The notes under the pieces are model-generated. The model was not told the origin of the DNA. It did not search any database and saw only the letters and a list, made by a program, of their open reading frames with translations. Both the position numbers and the translations under genes were made by a program. A stretch of DNA of 64,000 nt from Podarcis gaigeae (lineage: Eukaryota). This document shows, in pieces, positions 1 through 15,110 of the stretch. The stretch lies in NCBI GenBank assembly GCA_964106915.2, contig OZ066924.1; one strand, written 5' to 3'. Each line of letters opens with the position of its first letter. The first letter of the stretch is position 1.

Positions 1-958
1 TAGTGAAGCTGCAGCGAAATCTCCATTGTACATGAGAAACTAAAACGGCAGTGGGTTAAGCGATAGGATTTTTAAAATTCCGACACCACAGAACTGCAGG
101 ACACTCGGCTTTGAAAAAGCTAACACAATGCCTTCCTAAATATCTGTGCTTGTGTTTTCCAAGGTGTTTTAAGTTTCGCTAAGTCTCAACTTGCCATCTG
201 GATGATCCTAGTTATTTCTGTGATTGACTCGTCCAAGCTTTGCAGGACCAAACAGTTTTTATGTTGTCACTTTGACAATATGAAGATAACTGCAAATAGC
301 TCGCCGGAGCCTTGCAACATGGTTTGCTTCATCTTGGGAGTTGCATAGCAGAAGTCTGTGGAAAGTGTTCTCTTATGGCGAGACTGTGCTAATTTGGTTA
401 CCTTCCAGTGCATCTCCCTGGGGTTTCAGACACTTTATGTAACAGACAGGACTAAAATTCTCTCTTCTGAAACTAGGCAGGTGGCCATATGTGGCCATAT
501 GTTGTCCGCTGCTGCTGTAGACTGCAGTGAGCTAAATGGAACGATGGGCAGTGTTCTAAGCAATCTAAGCAGAACATTGTTTAAGCAGTGTTCGAAACTC
601 CCATTGTTCTAGGCGCATTTTGCGACACGGAATTTCATTAGGGTGAGCAGTTTCTGAGCTCTGGGCGCAGTACTGTGCCTAAGATTTCAGATTAAAACTG
701 CAGAGCGGAAGGAAATGAGGGCCTTTTTCTGCCTTCCCACTACCAGCTACTCCCTGAAGACTGGAGGAGAGACCCTCTTAAGAATATTAGGGGGGAGAAC
801 AGGGGAAGGACTAGACCTTTGTTATTAAAAAGACATTCCATTGTTGCACCTAGGTTGAAGGTGCCATTTAGCTCCCAGCTTTCATATCTCAGTTTCTAAC
901 ACTGTGCCTAAAGCAGATGCCTATGCTGATGCCAGAGAATTACAGATCATGCAGATCA

Positions 959-1097
959 CATCCACATCTTATATTTAAAACATATGGCTCGCCCCCCCCC
1001 AAAGATGCTGGGAACTGTAGTTTAAAGGTCTCTTAGATGTAAACTATAGTTCCCAGGATTCTTTGGGAGAAGTCATGTGTTTTACATGTATTGTGCG
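959..1097. mobile_element. Palindromic MITE-like repeat
   Basis: Inverted core ctgggaactgtagttta (1008-1024) / taaactatagttcccag (1040-1056) with degenerate outer arms. Confidence 0.55.
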
Positions 1098-1823
1098 GGG
1101 GGGCACAGTCTTAATAGAGGTTCATACCTTCCTCTTCTGCCTTCTATCTTATTTTCCTAGGTACTGTACTGCATTCTGCTCTTGTGGTCATGTGCTAAAG
1201 CTGTTAGCCAACAGCACAGACATCTCCCATGCTGCATATTTTTGTTCCTTGTTGGACTTTTCAGGTTCCTTCTCACCTCATTGTAAATAATAGAATTATA
1301 TTGGTGACCAGCGTCTCCGTACAAGGCAAGGGCAAAAGGCAAATTAAGTTGGGGAACCCTATAACACATGTATTGTCATAAGACTGAACTTTGCAGACTT
1401 CCAGACACTCTGGTAAATCACTTTCCATTAATTGCATCAGCCTTCCTTTTCTTTTCTTAGTATTGCTGGGCCCTGCCTAAATAACTGGGCAAAGCTGAAA
1501 GTAGTTTAAAGTTCATTTAGTATCTCAAAGGTATTTGAATGTTTATGACCTACATAGAACACCAGAGGGAAAGTATGCGTAGATTAAATGTAAGTAACAG
1601 TAAAAAAAGAAAAGAAACAAAGTGGGTCAGAGCACTGGAGGAAAAAGGGATTCCTACTTGGTTTTGCAAAAGGGCTGCAAATGAATGTAATCGTGTAAAT
1701 TCTGGAGCATTTCTGTGGCAAACTCTTTAGAAACAGCACATGTAGATCCACAATCATTCCTGTAGGTTGGGAGAGGACAGAAGCAGTCTATCACGTCTGT
1801 TACCCTGCTTTTTCTCCCAAGGA

Positions 1824-1957
1824 TAAGGTTACCAGATTTTTTTTCAATGAATCTGGGGACACTTTTCAACTTCCTACTAAATAGATGGACTTTGTCAGGG
1901 GACTGATTTGTAAATCCGGGGACTGTCCCTGAGAAACGGGGGTGTCTGGTAACCTTA
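1824..1957. mobile_element. hAT-family MITE
   Basis: 13-bp TIRs TAAGGTTACCAGA / TCTGGTAACCTTA and a perfect 8-bp TSD CCCAAGGA. Confidence 0.9.
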
Positions 1958-2021
1958 CCCAAGGAGCTCTTCATAACCAGCTTAATAAGAAAAGGTCCGC
2001 AGTACCACCCAGAATGCTTGC

Positions 2022-2363
2022 CGTGACAAGAGGAGCCTTTCCCTTTTAAAGGGTGAGGAAAGGTCTTTTATCTCCTGCTTGGAAGTGGAATTTTAGAGGC
2101 TGTATCACAACTGGAGGGAAGATCCCTCTCAGTTTGCATTTCTTAGTGCAGAAAACATTGTAAAGATCTTTCCTATTCTTTTCTATTCTGATTAATACAA
2201 AAAGCTACTAGAAGCTTCTCTGTGTGAGAGAAGTAGAGGCAGAAGTGTTAATGATTATTTGGGTTATATCTTATGGGAAGCTGCTTTGAACTGAATATCT
2301 CTATTCTGCAGAGTCATGCTGACTATAAATATAGGCCAAAAGGACCCTGGGCCTTTACTTTTC

Positions 2364-2394
<31 letters not shown>

Positions 2395-2650
2395 CTTCCT
2401 TCTGGTGTGGTGTTTCTTAGTGTTTCTTAGTGTTAAGGTTTAGTCTTATTCTGAGTTATGTTTATAAATGCTGCAACTGGATTTTGTATGGACTGAGCCA
2501 ATCCTGATTGTATTGGATATGATAACCATTACGCTACATTTGCCTTCAGCACAAGTAAAGCTCTGCTGAATGAAGTTCTATTGCCTCTGGTCTATTTTTG
2601 GGAACTCTCCTGAACTCTGTTTAAGGTTTTCCTCCACACGTATGACAACA
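2022..2650 (+). mobile_element. Possible degenerate solo LTR
   Basis: TATA-like ctataaata (about 2323), (CTTT)n tract, degenerate polyA signal, ends ...acaaca. No TSD found. Confidence 0.3.
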
Positions 2651-5600
2651 TATGACAATCCCACCCCTTGCTTCAGCAGAGACAAAAGGCCATAGCTTGC
2701 TCTTTGGGGTTGGATGACAGAGGTGCTTAGGGCACCTTGGCCACCCAGCACCAAAACAAACGCCAGCCTTTCCTTTTAGCTCCAAAGAGAAAAGCCTTGT
2801 CTACTCTGAGTGCCTTATCCACCCAGGCAGTGGACCCACTCAATGCCTCGTCTGCCCACTGCAAACGTAAGCCCCTGCTGCAAACGCGGGAGCCAGGAAA
2901 ATGTGTGGGAATCAACTGAAGCTCAGTGTAACTGCAAGAACTGTCCTTTTCCAGATCCTTGCTAGAAGCTGGGAGAAGGGAGCAGGGCTCATGCAGGACT
3001 CATGCAGAGGTGTTGCATAAGGTTAGAAACAAGGGGCCACTTGCGGCTTTTCTACTAAATTGTAGCCCAAAATGTGTGGACCATTGTGTATCAGGTAGAT
3101 TAGGCTGAGAGAGTGTGATCATCCCTGGGTCACCTTTACCACACTATTCAAGTCACTCTTGTGACTTTGCCTCCTTGTCCATTGTGCTGCTGGAGGGGGG
3201 AGTAAATGCCCCATAGGAAGGACTTGTAAAGAAAGCCTGCTACCCTCTGTCTCTTTCTTGCAACAGAAATTTATTCCGCGCTTTTCAGTGCTCTGCTGTT
3301 GATTTGCAGTATTCTCAAGTCAGCCAGAAACCGTTCTGCTAAGTTCACTGTGTCTCTACTAAAACAGCAGCTGCCCATAAAAGTCCATGGGCTGATAGTG
3401 TCCCATGCCTATGTGGCTTCTCATGTTAGGCTGCATCAAAGCTTCTTTGAACCTGGTTATTAATTTCCCTGTCCAGTAAAAGCAAGAATGCCTTCGCCTA
3501 ATTCCATACTGCAGGCATTGTCTTCATCTGCACATCATGGTAAACCGGGCTGGGGAATCTCCAGTCCATGGGCCTAATCCAGTCCACCAGCTCTCCTCAT
3601 TTTACCCACCAGGATATTTTTAAGCAAGCTGCAGCCACCTGTCCTACAATTAATGTCACCAGGTGAAGGGAGGCAAAGGCTGGGAGGGCTTGGTTGAAAG
3701 GGGCTCTGAAGGACTTCCGGTCAGCTGTCTGCCAGGCACCTTGGAAGTACAGTGCAAAGGGCTTTCTGAGTCCTGCATTCAGTGCCTCCTTTGGAAAGAA
3801 AGAAAAATTCCTTCTTTGTTCGACATGGCATTCGCTTCTTTCCAAACCCACTGAATTGGCAACTTGACTGAGTTCCCCATGGGAAACTTGGTCTTATAGC
3901 TGATCCTTGCAGAAAGCAGCTGTGTGGTTGGTGCTCAGCTGAACATAGGGCTTCCTAGGCTCCCAACAACCAGCTACTGCCTGTCAGCTGATGACGGGAC
4001 CTGGAAGCCCACTGGATCAGTTCCACAAGGAGACTCTGTTGCAAAGACAATCCCTGAAGCAGGCTTGAAGTTACTGCCTGTCAGCTGATGGGCGGTAACT
4101 CTAGGCTTCACCGGTGCTTCAAAGCACTATGCAGGGTTATTTGCAAACACTGCATGGTGCTTTGACGTCCCTGTGCTGTAGATGATTATCTTCTGGAAAT
4201 AAATTTGACAGGTGGCTGGCCCCACATTCTGTAGCCAATGTTTGTTCTTGGCTTACTTGTAGTTTGTTTGAGAGAAACAAACCATGATCCCAGACAGAGA
4301 TTCTCACCAGGGATCTCCTCACCCACTAGCGATCTCCTCACCCACAATAATACAATAATACAATGTCTCACCCACAATAATAATTCCTGGTTTGGACATA
4401 ATTGCTAAGCCAGAGACAGTGGCATGTTTTTCCCTGTGCGGTAGCAGGACGGGGCAGATCAGCCAAGATCAATGTGTTCACAGTAACCGTTAACTACGGT
4501 TTACCACAATGTGCAAACTGGGTAAGGATTGAAAGGGAAGCTCTGTTTGTTTGTGCCTGTTCAGTGTGCTGAATTCTGCGTATGGTACTGGAAAATTTGA
4601 CAGCAGTCTTCAAACTTGCCTTACCTAAAGTGAGGATAAAATGGCCTCCATGGTGGATCACCAATCTTATAATAAAACACATGGCTGTGATCTTTTCAGA
4701 TGAAAGCCTGCATCATGCTCTGCTTCCTCATATACGTTGCTACGGTCCAGCCTTCCCCATCCCAGTGCCCACTATATATTCTGGACTGTTGCTCCCATCA
4801 GCCCCAGCCAGTATGGCCAGAGGTTGGGGATGGTCAGAAGTGAAGTCCAAAACATCTGGAAGGAATTAGTTTCGGAATGGACGCTATAGTTTAAGTAACT
4901 ACTTGACATTAAAAACAAGCCTGCAGTTATAATGCATTGCATCATACTGTTTGGCATAGCCCAGCTTTCAATCTACTCTGCCTTCTTAGAGATCATAATA
5001 TATACAATACATTTGCTTCGGGCACACTGGATAGTTGTTCTCGAGGGTCAAGTTGTTAGAACAATGTGACAATTCCAACTCATCTTTTCAAGAAACCTGC
5101 CAATAAATCTAGCTTAGTGAGTCTTTTAATTTGAATTTCAAAATCTCCCCACCCCAAGGCCTCCTGAACACAATTCAGCAACCTCCAATTTCTATTCTCA
5201 TTTGCTCAACCAAATTAGGTTTTGCATATTGTGCTTGGTACATTCAGCCCCAGTGAAAAACCAGTGAAATTGGTTTGGGATATGATTATCTCCATAGAGC
5301 TGGAGGTATAAATTGACAGCTTCAGCCAAGTCCTGATTCAGCAGATCTCTGCCTGGGAGATTTAGGCACTTAAAACGGAACAAAATGTTTCTTTGGCAAA
5401 CGTATTAAAACTGATTCGGTGGCAAACACTTCTTGCCCCAGGTCAGCAGGCAAGTGGCTTCACTTCAAAGTATTTTTGACCCGTCCCATTTTTACTGAGC
5501 TGGTGGGAAAATCCTCCCTCTGATCCCTCTTTCAAGACATCACTAAAATATTATTCCTTATCTACATTAGTCATATATTGGGAACAGAATAAAAGAGAGT

Positions 5601-7356
5601 GGTGGTCCTTGCCAAGAGAGTGGGGGGAAAGGTCATTGCACTGCCCTTTATCTTCTTACAGCAGGAAAGATTATTGCGGGATGTGTTTGTTATCCCAGAA
5701 GCACTGGAACTTAAAACATTTCTTCCCAATTGCAGAGTAGAAATTTAGTGTCCAAATGGGTTATTCATTCTCTTACCCCCCCTCCTCCCCCCAGAACAAA
5801 ACCTGTTCTTCTAGTTTCTAACGTCTGTTGTTTTTGAAGTGCTACATGTTTCTGTAGGTCAAACATATATATTACAAGCCGGTTTCAGAGTCTCTTCAAA
5901 TCTTACCTACCCTTCTGGTCCATCAAGGGCAGGTGTTTGCAAGTATTCGCTGTGTTCAAATATACCTTTCGGGCGGGGGGATGGGGGAAATGGCAAGAAC
6001 TGGAAAACGTTTATGATTGGATAGCAGTAACAAGCAAACACCTGTAGAAAGCTCTTGTGGCAGAAAGCGCTTGTGTTGTTTGAAGCAGAAAAGCTGTTCT
6101 GACAAGATGGCCAGAGGCAACTGACAGCTGCCTCACCAAACTCCCACGCCTACATTTATCTTAATACAACAGGAAACAGCCTAAGAAAAACTATATGGTA
6201 CAGCTACACATTTAGTCTTTAAACCATTTTCTGGAGTGTCACGTTGATTTAGATAAATCTCTGCACTGCCACATCCCCAAAATCCTATTGGCTCACTCCA
6301 GTTAGGTGCAAGTCTTTTTCCTGTATCCTGGTAGGAACTTCGAAACAGCTTGATTTCACTTTGCACTGGGTTTTCATATCTAATGGATATGTTAACACTA
6401 GCAAATGGCATAATTACAGGCTTTGTCTGGTCTTGAAAAAGAACAGTGTTTTCCAACAGAATAACTTAGCATAAGTGATCATTAAAATAATTATTCACAT
6501 TTAAGAGGCAGCAGCAGTTTTGGCTTTGACAGCGTATAATGTGAGCGATTCTCAATAGCTCTTGATGTTTCATAATCCACCAAGGTGTTTGGTAGCCTTT
6601 CAATATAATGGGGCGGGAGTACATTCTCACTGGGCTTCTTGCATCTGAGCTTTTCAGAGAGCCTCCTGGGCTGTGGACCCCCTGAGGTTTGTGAAACATG
6701 TGGAATCCACCCATGCTCAAAGTGTGTTTTATCTTCATGGTATCACTGGAACTTCTGAATGTTCTTAAGTGTACAACCTTGCTACCTGACCATGTGTATA
6801 GCTAAACTGGTGCACACAGTAGCTTATATCACCACAACCATATCATTATCATGTGCCTCAAACAGGATGCCACCTCCCCAGACCACCTGTGCAAGACTAT
6901 GCCAGCCTTGGAGCTGGCATAACGTATCCCCACTGACCCAGGCTGCCATAGAGAAAAAGAAAAAGATGTTTCCTCCATGTTCTGCCAACAGGGTTTAAAA
7001 AGTGATTGTTCTCTGCTACATTATTTTACCACCACCATTTAGGATTGTTTTTAGGATCGTTATTAGCAAACCAGATTTTGGTGGGAAATTGATGTAGTGT
7101 GCGCATTTAGTTTTGCAGCCCATTCGTATCCCTAGTGCAGATGTTATAGAAGATTGTAGCTGTAACTGTAAAGATAATGCTAAAAAAGGAAACCTAGGAC
7201 AGCTGCTTTGCCTGTGAGCACTCGGTTTGTGAACTGCCCTGAGATCTAGAGATGAATTGTGGTATACAAATTTAATCAACAGCGACAACAACTGGAGTAG
7301 ATCTGTGACCATGTGTGTATGTGTTGTAGAGGGAATGAGTTGACTTACCCTTTTAA

Positions 7357-7863
<507 letters not shown>

Positions 7864-8254
7864 TTTGGCTTTTAAAATCCGTGATGCAGGCGTTTCTTTA
7901 TACCATCTGCCGTGCAGGCATACCAATTTATTCCCTAGGTTTTAAGAAGTGACCTACTGGATCAGAGCAAAAGCCTGTCTAGAGCAGCATTCTGTTCCCC
8001 ACAGTGGCCACAGAGCTGCATCTAGGAAGCATCTTACAAGCAGGGTGTGAAGGCAGGAGTCTTCTCCTGCTACTGCTTCCCATTAACTAATATTCATAAT
8101 ATTAGTCACTGGTCTTGGAGGTTTCATATAGGATTGAACAGGCATTCTTTCTGCTTATTGGCTTCAGCATAGGACTGTGTCAAAAATAACTCTTAGGTGC
8201 ATGTTGCAATAAGTGTCATTTGCATGGGTTTTCAAATGTGAACCACACATGTAG

Positions 8255-8758
<504 letters not shown>

Positions 8759-8852
8759 TAGACTACTTTGTGGATAATTGTGAATATGTAGCTGGTTTTG
8801 AACAAAGGTGGAGGGGGAGAGAGAAAAGTGATGCTATGTGATGTACTAAGAG

Positions 8853-9080
8853 TTTGGATTTGATACCCCGCTTTATCACTACCCTAAGGAGTCTCAAAGC
8901 AGCTAACAACCTCCTTTCCCTTCCTCCCCCACAACAAACACTCTGTGAGGTGAGTGGGGCTGAGAGACGTCAGAGAAGTGTGACTAGCCCAAGGTCACCC
9001 AGCAGCAGTATGTGGAGGAGCGGGTACGCGAACCTGGTTCACCAGATTACGAGTCCAGCGCTCTTAACCACACTGGCTCT
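8853..9080 (-). mobile_element. tRNA-derived Squam3/MIR-like SINE
   Basis: ccccacaacaaacactctgtgagg...cccaaggtcacccagc...gaacctgg...ctcttaaccac. tRNA-type head reads on the minus strand. Confidence 0.75.
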
Positions 9081-10193
9081 TTACTATGGCATGTGGGTCT
9101 GTTTTATTTGAGTTAAGTCATACGATTTACTGCCATATTACGTTAAGGAAGAGACACTATAAAACCCAAGTAGCTCTTGATGGGATGTGTCTGTGTTCTT
9201 TTGACCATAGTGAGTAGCACTGGCTTTGACCTGAGCAGTAGTGGCAAATTTCATGGACACCTGGGATTGCATCAAATAAGCACCGAATCAGGTACTTGAT
9301 GCTGAAAATCCCTACTCATTTTTCAAAGACAAAGTCTCTAACCCAGGGGAGTGAAGCCCTCCAAATGTTATGGACTCTCATCAGCCACAACCAGCATGGC
9401 CAATAGTCAGGAATGATGGAAACTCTTGTCCCGACATCATCTGGGGGAGCCCATGAGTGTTTTGAGTTGCACAGAAAATACCTTATGAAATCTCAAATAT
9501 GGGAGGGGAGAGAATGTTGGGGTTCAGCAAAAGTCCCACAGAATAGGTTTGGTTTCCTCAGCTACCTTGTTGTTCAGCGTGAATAAGAGCAGCAGGATAA
9601 ACAATTCTATGCAATTATATTTCATCTGCTTAATTTAGACAGGTTGCAGAGTTTTTAGCACTGGGCCATTTAAAAAAAAGCACACCCATAACTCAAGAAT
9701 ATTGATGTGGAGGGCATTTCCAGAGCTGCGATAATTCCAGCTGCTGAACAATAGTAATTCAGCAATGCCATTATAATTAAAGCTCCTTTGTCTTTGCCAA
9801 ACAAGATAAGGTGGGCATGTACCAAAGAGGGTGGCACCTCTTTTGAAATGTCCTCCTTAGAGAGGCTTGAGCAACACGAGCAACACCTGCATTGTGATCT
9901 CTTCAGCACCGGGTAAACACCTCTTTGTTTCCCCAGGCTTCCTGATTTTAAGGGTTGTGGGGTTTTTTTGTGATCTATCGATTTTTTGGAGTCTTACTAA
10001 TCTTTCAAGATTAGCAAACATTTTGGTGCTGCTGTGAGATTTTATCTCTACATAGATTTTATCTCTGCTATTTTTATGATACATTGTTATGGCTCTCTTT
10101 GTGCTAAATGGTTTTACTTTTGTTTTATTGTAAGCTGGCCAGAGAAATACTGTTGTGCGATATATAAATGCCACTTTCTTCTTCTTCTTTCAG

Positions 10194-10243
10194 CTAAAAA
10201 AGCAACAATAAATTTACTGGGTGACGAGAAGAAGAGCACTTAA
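10194..10243 (+). CDS. REEP5: REEP5 terminal coding exon 5
   Basis: cttctttcag|CT AAA AAA...AGC ACT TAA. Translates (A)KKATINLLGDEKKST*, with a KKxx-type ER-retrieval end; phase matches exon 4. Confidence 0.96.
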
Positions 10244-10535
10244 AACGGTTAACTGGAAGATAAGTTTCCTCATCACTTCCCTTATGCAGCTTGATGTTAC
10301 TGGGGACTGTGATATAGTAATTTGAATCTTGTTGCCTTGTAAACATTTTTTTATTTTATTAAAGGAATGTGTTGTAAGATTGCTTGCTTTTGCAGTTCTC
10401 TGTATTGAAAGTAAGCATTTTTATTTAAAACCAGTGCAGTGGGTAGCATCTAAAGCTTACAGATTAGTTTATTCATCTCCTGAGCAGAGAAGGGACTTTC
10501 AATACTGTCTTGTCTTGCAGTTAACGTAAACTTTA

Positions 10536-10541
10536 AATAAA
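10536..10541 (+). terminator. Candidate proximal REEP5 polyadenylation signal
   Basis: AATAAA about 290 nt after the stop codon. Confidence 0.5.
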
Positions 10542-12525
10542 GTATGCCCCAGGTTCTGACCATTATTACACTTTGTTTCTTTGTGCATGCAATGTCCATG
10601 GTAAAAGCTCTGTTGCATATCTGACAGGTTCCCACTGTAATGTAGTTTGATAGCAAAGCGTAATGACAAATGCTTTTCATGCCAGTGTGTTTCTGCATAT
10701 AGAAGGTAAAAAAATCAAAAAGCCTTATGTTAATGTGTATTCTTAACACTCACACCTCTAACCGTGTTGTAAACAGTGAAGACTGGTTATGTACGGTGCT
10801 GAACACAAATATTCCTTATTGTTGCACAGACTGCTTGTAACTTGCAGTATTTCGTCAAGAGTGTGTATCTATGGGAATTGTCCTTAAAACACTGCGAAGA
10901 GCACTTTGTTGTTTATGACCAGAGTTGCAATGGTTGGATATACATACCAAATGGATGTATGTGAAAAGTGGGATAATGATGCCGAGGTCTGTACACTCAT
11001 CTGGGCCTTATCCTGTGGCCTTTGTGGAATACCTGCTCTACAGTGGAGCCTCCTACTGCTGTTGATGCACATGTGTGATGTATGCTGAAATATGCTCATG
11101 AATATTTGCAACAACAACAAAAAACCACAATATTGCTCTTTGGCCAAGGTCTCACTATGTGGCAGCTAGCAGGTGTGCCTTGGCCCTTCTCAATTATTCT
11201 CTCTAAGCATTAAAAAGCCTTGCTTGTTTCTTTTTAGTTAAGGATTGCCAGTGGAACCAAAGGATGATGATGCATTCTTATAAAGAAAAGCAGGTAGATT
11301 TACACCTATTGTTAGGGTTACTACACATGGGACTGTTTAAAAAAGAAAGATAAGAAATCCAATTGAAGAGTAGTGTCCACAAGAGGCAGACGTTCAAAAA
11401 ATACTGAATATTCGAAAAATATCTAGGATAATTTTAAAAGAATTTATAGGTAATGAGACAAAAACGGAAAGAGATATTGTGTCTAGGATAAATAACACCT
11501 ATGTGAAAGAGAAAGAATGAGGAAAGAAGATATCGCATAAATAAATGCTATCATTACACATGAGATTTTTAATTGGGACAGTGGAAGAAGCAAAGCAAGT
11601 CATATCAACACTAAGCAACGAAGTGGTTGCAACAGAACTTAGTGAACAGGGTATCGGCCAAAACAGGCCTCTTTTAATATTTGTATACGTATTTATTTTT
11701 TAAAACCGCTGTTTGGACCTGATTTTAAACCCCGTTTTGGAAAGCACCCTGATATACTCTACCAAACACTGTCCCTCTTCACCATCCATTCCTATCGGGC
11801 TCAGCACAGAGTGTTAGGTGGTTATTTGAAATCTGCTTTGCACGTAAAGTCGAAAGAGCTTCCCTGCAACTCTGTAGAAAAGAAACTAATCAATACATGT
11901 AATGCCTGGCTTGGTTCAGTCAAAACAGCCATCTAGGTTGGCATTCTGCCTCTACCACGGAACAGCCACATGCCCTTGCAAGCTTGCCAGCAAAACAGAA
12001 TGGTAATAACCAGCTTCTGCCTATTTGGTAGCCAGACCGTTCCTGTTACCAAGGTTTCATTTTCAAATGTAAGAGTCATAACAAGCCTATTCTCTATACT
12101 ATCAAAGCTAGTGTTCACTACCATATCTTCTAATTAAGCCAATTGCACTGCTTTTCTCTTGGTGACCAGTGTCCGAACGGTAGCACTACTTAATGCCAAA
12201 TCAGCATAGAGGTAGAGAGATGTGGAGGGAAAGGACTTGCCCCTTGACTTAACCGAGATTTAGCAGCAAAGGAAAGCCAGAGTACTGTATTTTAAACCTT
12301 ATGTTTGATCCAAATGCTTTGGATGTGCATCCAAGCAAGCACATGATATACATATGTACAGAATGCAGGTAAAGGGGTGAGGTAATGTGCATCCCTACAT
12401 CCTTAAGGAATGATGCGCTGGTAGTTAACACTCAGTTGATGTATATGCTTCTCAATCAAGTTTGTTCCATTCTGGTAGTAGACCTGTAAAGGGCTGCTAC
12501 TGCCTATTACAAACGTGAAACACCA

Positions 12526-12615
12526 GTTTAAAGGTCTTGTGTAACAACAGAGGAACAATTTAGCTAGTGCGTTTAAAGGTCTTGTGTAACAATAGAGGAA
12601 CAATTTAGCTAGTGC
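12526..12615. repeat. 45-bp tandem duplication
   Basis: Two copies of gtttaaaggtcttgtgtaacaa(c/t)agaggaacaatttagctagtgc with one mismatch. Confidence 0.95.
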
Positions 12616-13408
12616 GTCCACCCTTAGCAGATGTTTCTAGTTTGGAAATTATTTGTGCCAGCTTTAAACTACCCTGAAACTGATGACAAAATAAGTCCAC
12701 ACTGGTGGGCTTCATGTTTGTTCATAAGCATTTAAAACCAGTCTGAAAGAGTCAGAAGATGCTAACGATTTAGCTGCAGAGCAGTCTTGCATGCTGTAAT
12801 GTTTTATTTCTATTGCATTTTTACGTGCTTTTGAGTAATTTATGTGGAAGCTGAACTGATTAAATTGCTGCCATATTAGATAGATTGTAGGGCAAGGTGC
12901 AAGCAAGTGTAAATTTGTGAGGTTCAGATGATTTATCCTCACATAGAAACAAAATCTAGTTATATATACATTGAAAGTAACTCTTCAATTTGTAAAGATA
13001 GCAGAACAAAGTATCAGCTGCCTTACATCAATATATTCATCACATACAAAAAACTGCACTGAACATGACGTAGCCAGAGGATGCTCTGAGCCATTGTAGA
13101 AGAGGGTCCCCTCACAGCCACCTGTACCCCCCCAAAATCTGCTAGTGAAGGTTCAGGGACCCTTCAGAACTAGGGGGAAGACACAAGGGGGGCTTGCAGA
13201 AGAAAATCAGTAAGACCACCTCTCCCATCCACCCTCCTGCAGTAGGTATGTCTGACAGATCTCAGTCCCTTCCGCAAATGGGAGGTGTTCTGTTTGTAGA
13301 AGGGCAGCTCTGGATCCACACTCAAAAATTATTGTCAAGTGCTTGAAAAAGTTAATATACCTTACCAGCTTGTGCTGAAGATGTAATGTACGTAGAAGAA
13401 TGCAAACA

Positions 13409-13414
13409 AATAAA
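13409..13414 (+). terminator. Candidate distal REEP5 polyadenylation signal
   Basis: AATAAA preceded by TGTA motifs and followed by a GT/T-rich stretch; would give a 3'UTR of about 3.2 kb. Confidence 0.45.
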
Positions 13415-14789
13415 GAACAGTATCTTAAACCTAATGTGATTTTTACATTTCTTCACAGAATATATTCACACTGCATGTAGAGGAATTAAGAATTATGCAA
13501 AAATTCATTTTCATCCAATATACTACTGCAAAAACTCACCTGGCTAAATCTTCAGAGTTGAGCTCTTCATCTGCATAGTCAAAAGGGCTAAGAAAATTCA
13601 CTAGTGGGGGTAGAGGGAGGTGTGGAAGGTTTCATATAGTTTATACCATCAATGTTCAGTCATATCTCTTTTTGTGGGATAAAATATTTGCATTGATGGG
13701 GAACATTTTATTCCTCTCCTTTGCCTTAGAGCTGACCAAGGCAGCCCTCTTGCTTTTAACCCCTCTGATTAAGAGATAAAATGGGAGACCGATATGTATA
13801 CTAAACACATAAACGTAAAAGGAATTTGAAATATACTATTTATCCAGAGTCTAATAATGTTCAGTTCCCTGCTGATGCTCTTTTTAAGAGGCCAAAGCAC
13901 CCACAGCTTATGGTAGCCCTGTAAGCTGCACTTGAAACACAAGTCCTCAAGAAGTTTGGGCAGAGGAGACAAAAAAAAACCCCTTTTTAAAAATCCTTAA
14001 GAACATATGCTTTTGCTGGAACAGTCCGGTGGCCCATCTAATTCAGCATCCTGTTCTCAGTTGACAAGCAAATGCCTACAGAAAGCTCACAAGCAGGACC
14101 TGAATTCAACAGCACTCTCCCCTCCTTACAAAACAGAATTCAAGCATGACTAACAGACAGACAGCAACCATGCTACTTTGCTCAACCCCACATTCTAATT
14201 TTACTTTTTAATGTAGTAAAATCACCAGTTTTCCACCATGTGAATCATCACATTCATCACGTGACATGAAACCGAAATGGTAAAAAAGTCACATGATGAA
14301 TGTTGCTTGACTTTGACCTCAATGTAGCAAGAGTTGGTATGTATCATGAAACTGTAATCCCATCTCCAGTCATCACTGCAAAACATCCCTTCTTTAGACA
14401 AATATTTGGATTCATTTTATAAATTCTACGGACTCGGATAGAGTTCTCATTGTATATTTTAAATGTGCTTGGTTCCTTTAGTATAACACTAAAAGATGAC
14501 GTTGGATGTTTTATGTAGTCTGATTACTCTTTTTTTGTAAACTCCCTTGAGCAGAATGCTTCTGGCATTCAGAAATACAGATGCAGAAGGTACAACAAAC
14601 ACAAGGAAGCCTCTGAATGTGCGTCAGAAGTTGAATTCTGGGACTGATATAGCAGGTAGCCCAGAAAACAGATTTCAAAAAATGCCACTAACAGATTCTT
14701 AGGGCCAACATTTTAGGTTGTTCTATCAGCTAAGCAGCAGCATTACTGCAACACATTAGAAACTCGAGCTAGTGCGGAATTTGGCAGCT

Positions 14790-15110
14790 AGGTCGCTCAC
14801 TGGGGCAAGACGGTTTGAGCACTGCACTGGCTGCCAATTAGTTTACAGGCCCAGTTCAATGTGCTGGTTTTTACCTATAAAGCCTTAAAACTGCTCAGGA
14901 CCACAATACCTCAAGGACCACCTCTCCCCATATGAATTAACCTGGATGCCACCAAAATCATCCGAGGTCCTACTATGTGCACCTTCTCTGTGAGAGCTCC
15001 AGAGGGCAGCAAAATGAGAAAAGGCCTTTTTGTGGTGGCTCCCTGCTTGTGGAATGCTCTTCCCAGGGAGGCTTGCTTGGCACATTGATTACATATCTTC
15101 GGGCGTCAGG
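14790..15110 (+). mobile_element. L2 LINE ORF2 3' fragment
   Basis: Translates LHWLPI..QAQFNVLVFTYKAL..GPQYLKDHL, the L2 C-terminal motif. Confidence 0.75.
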
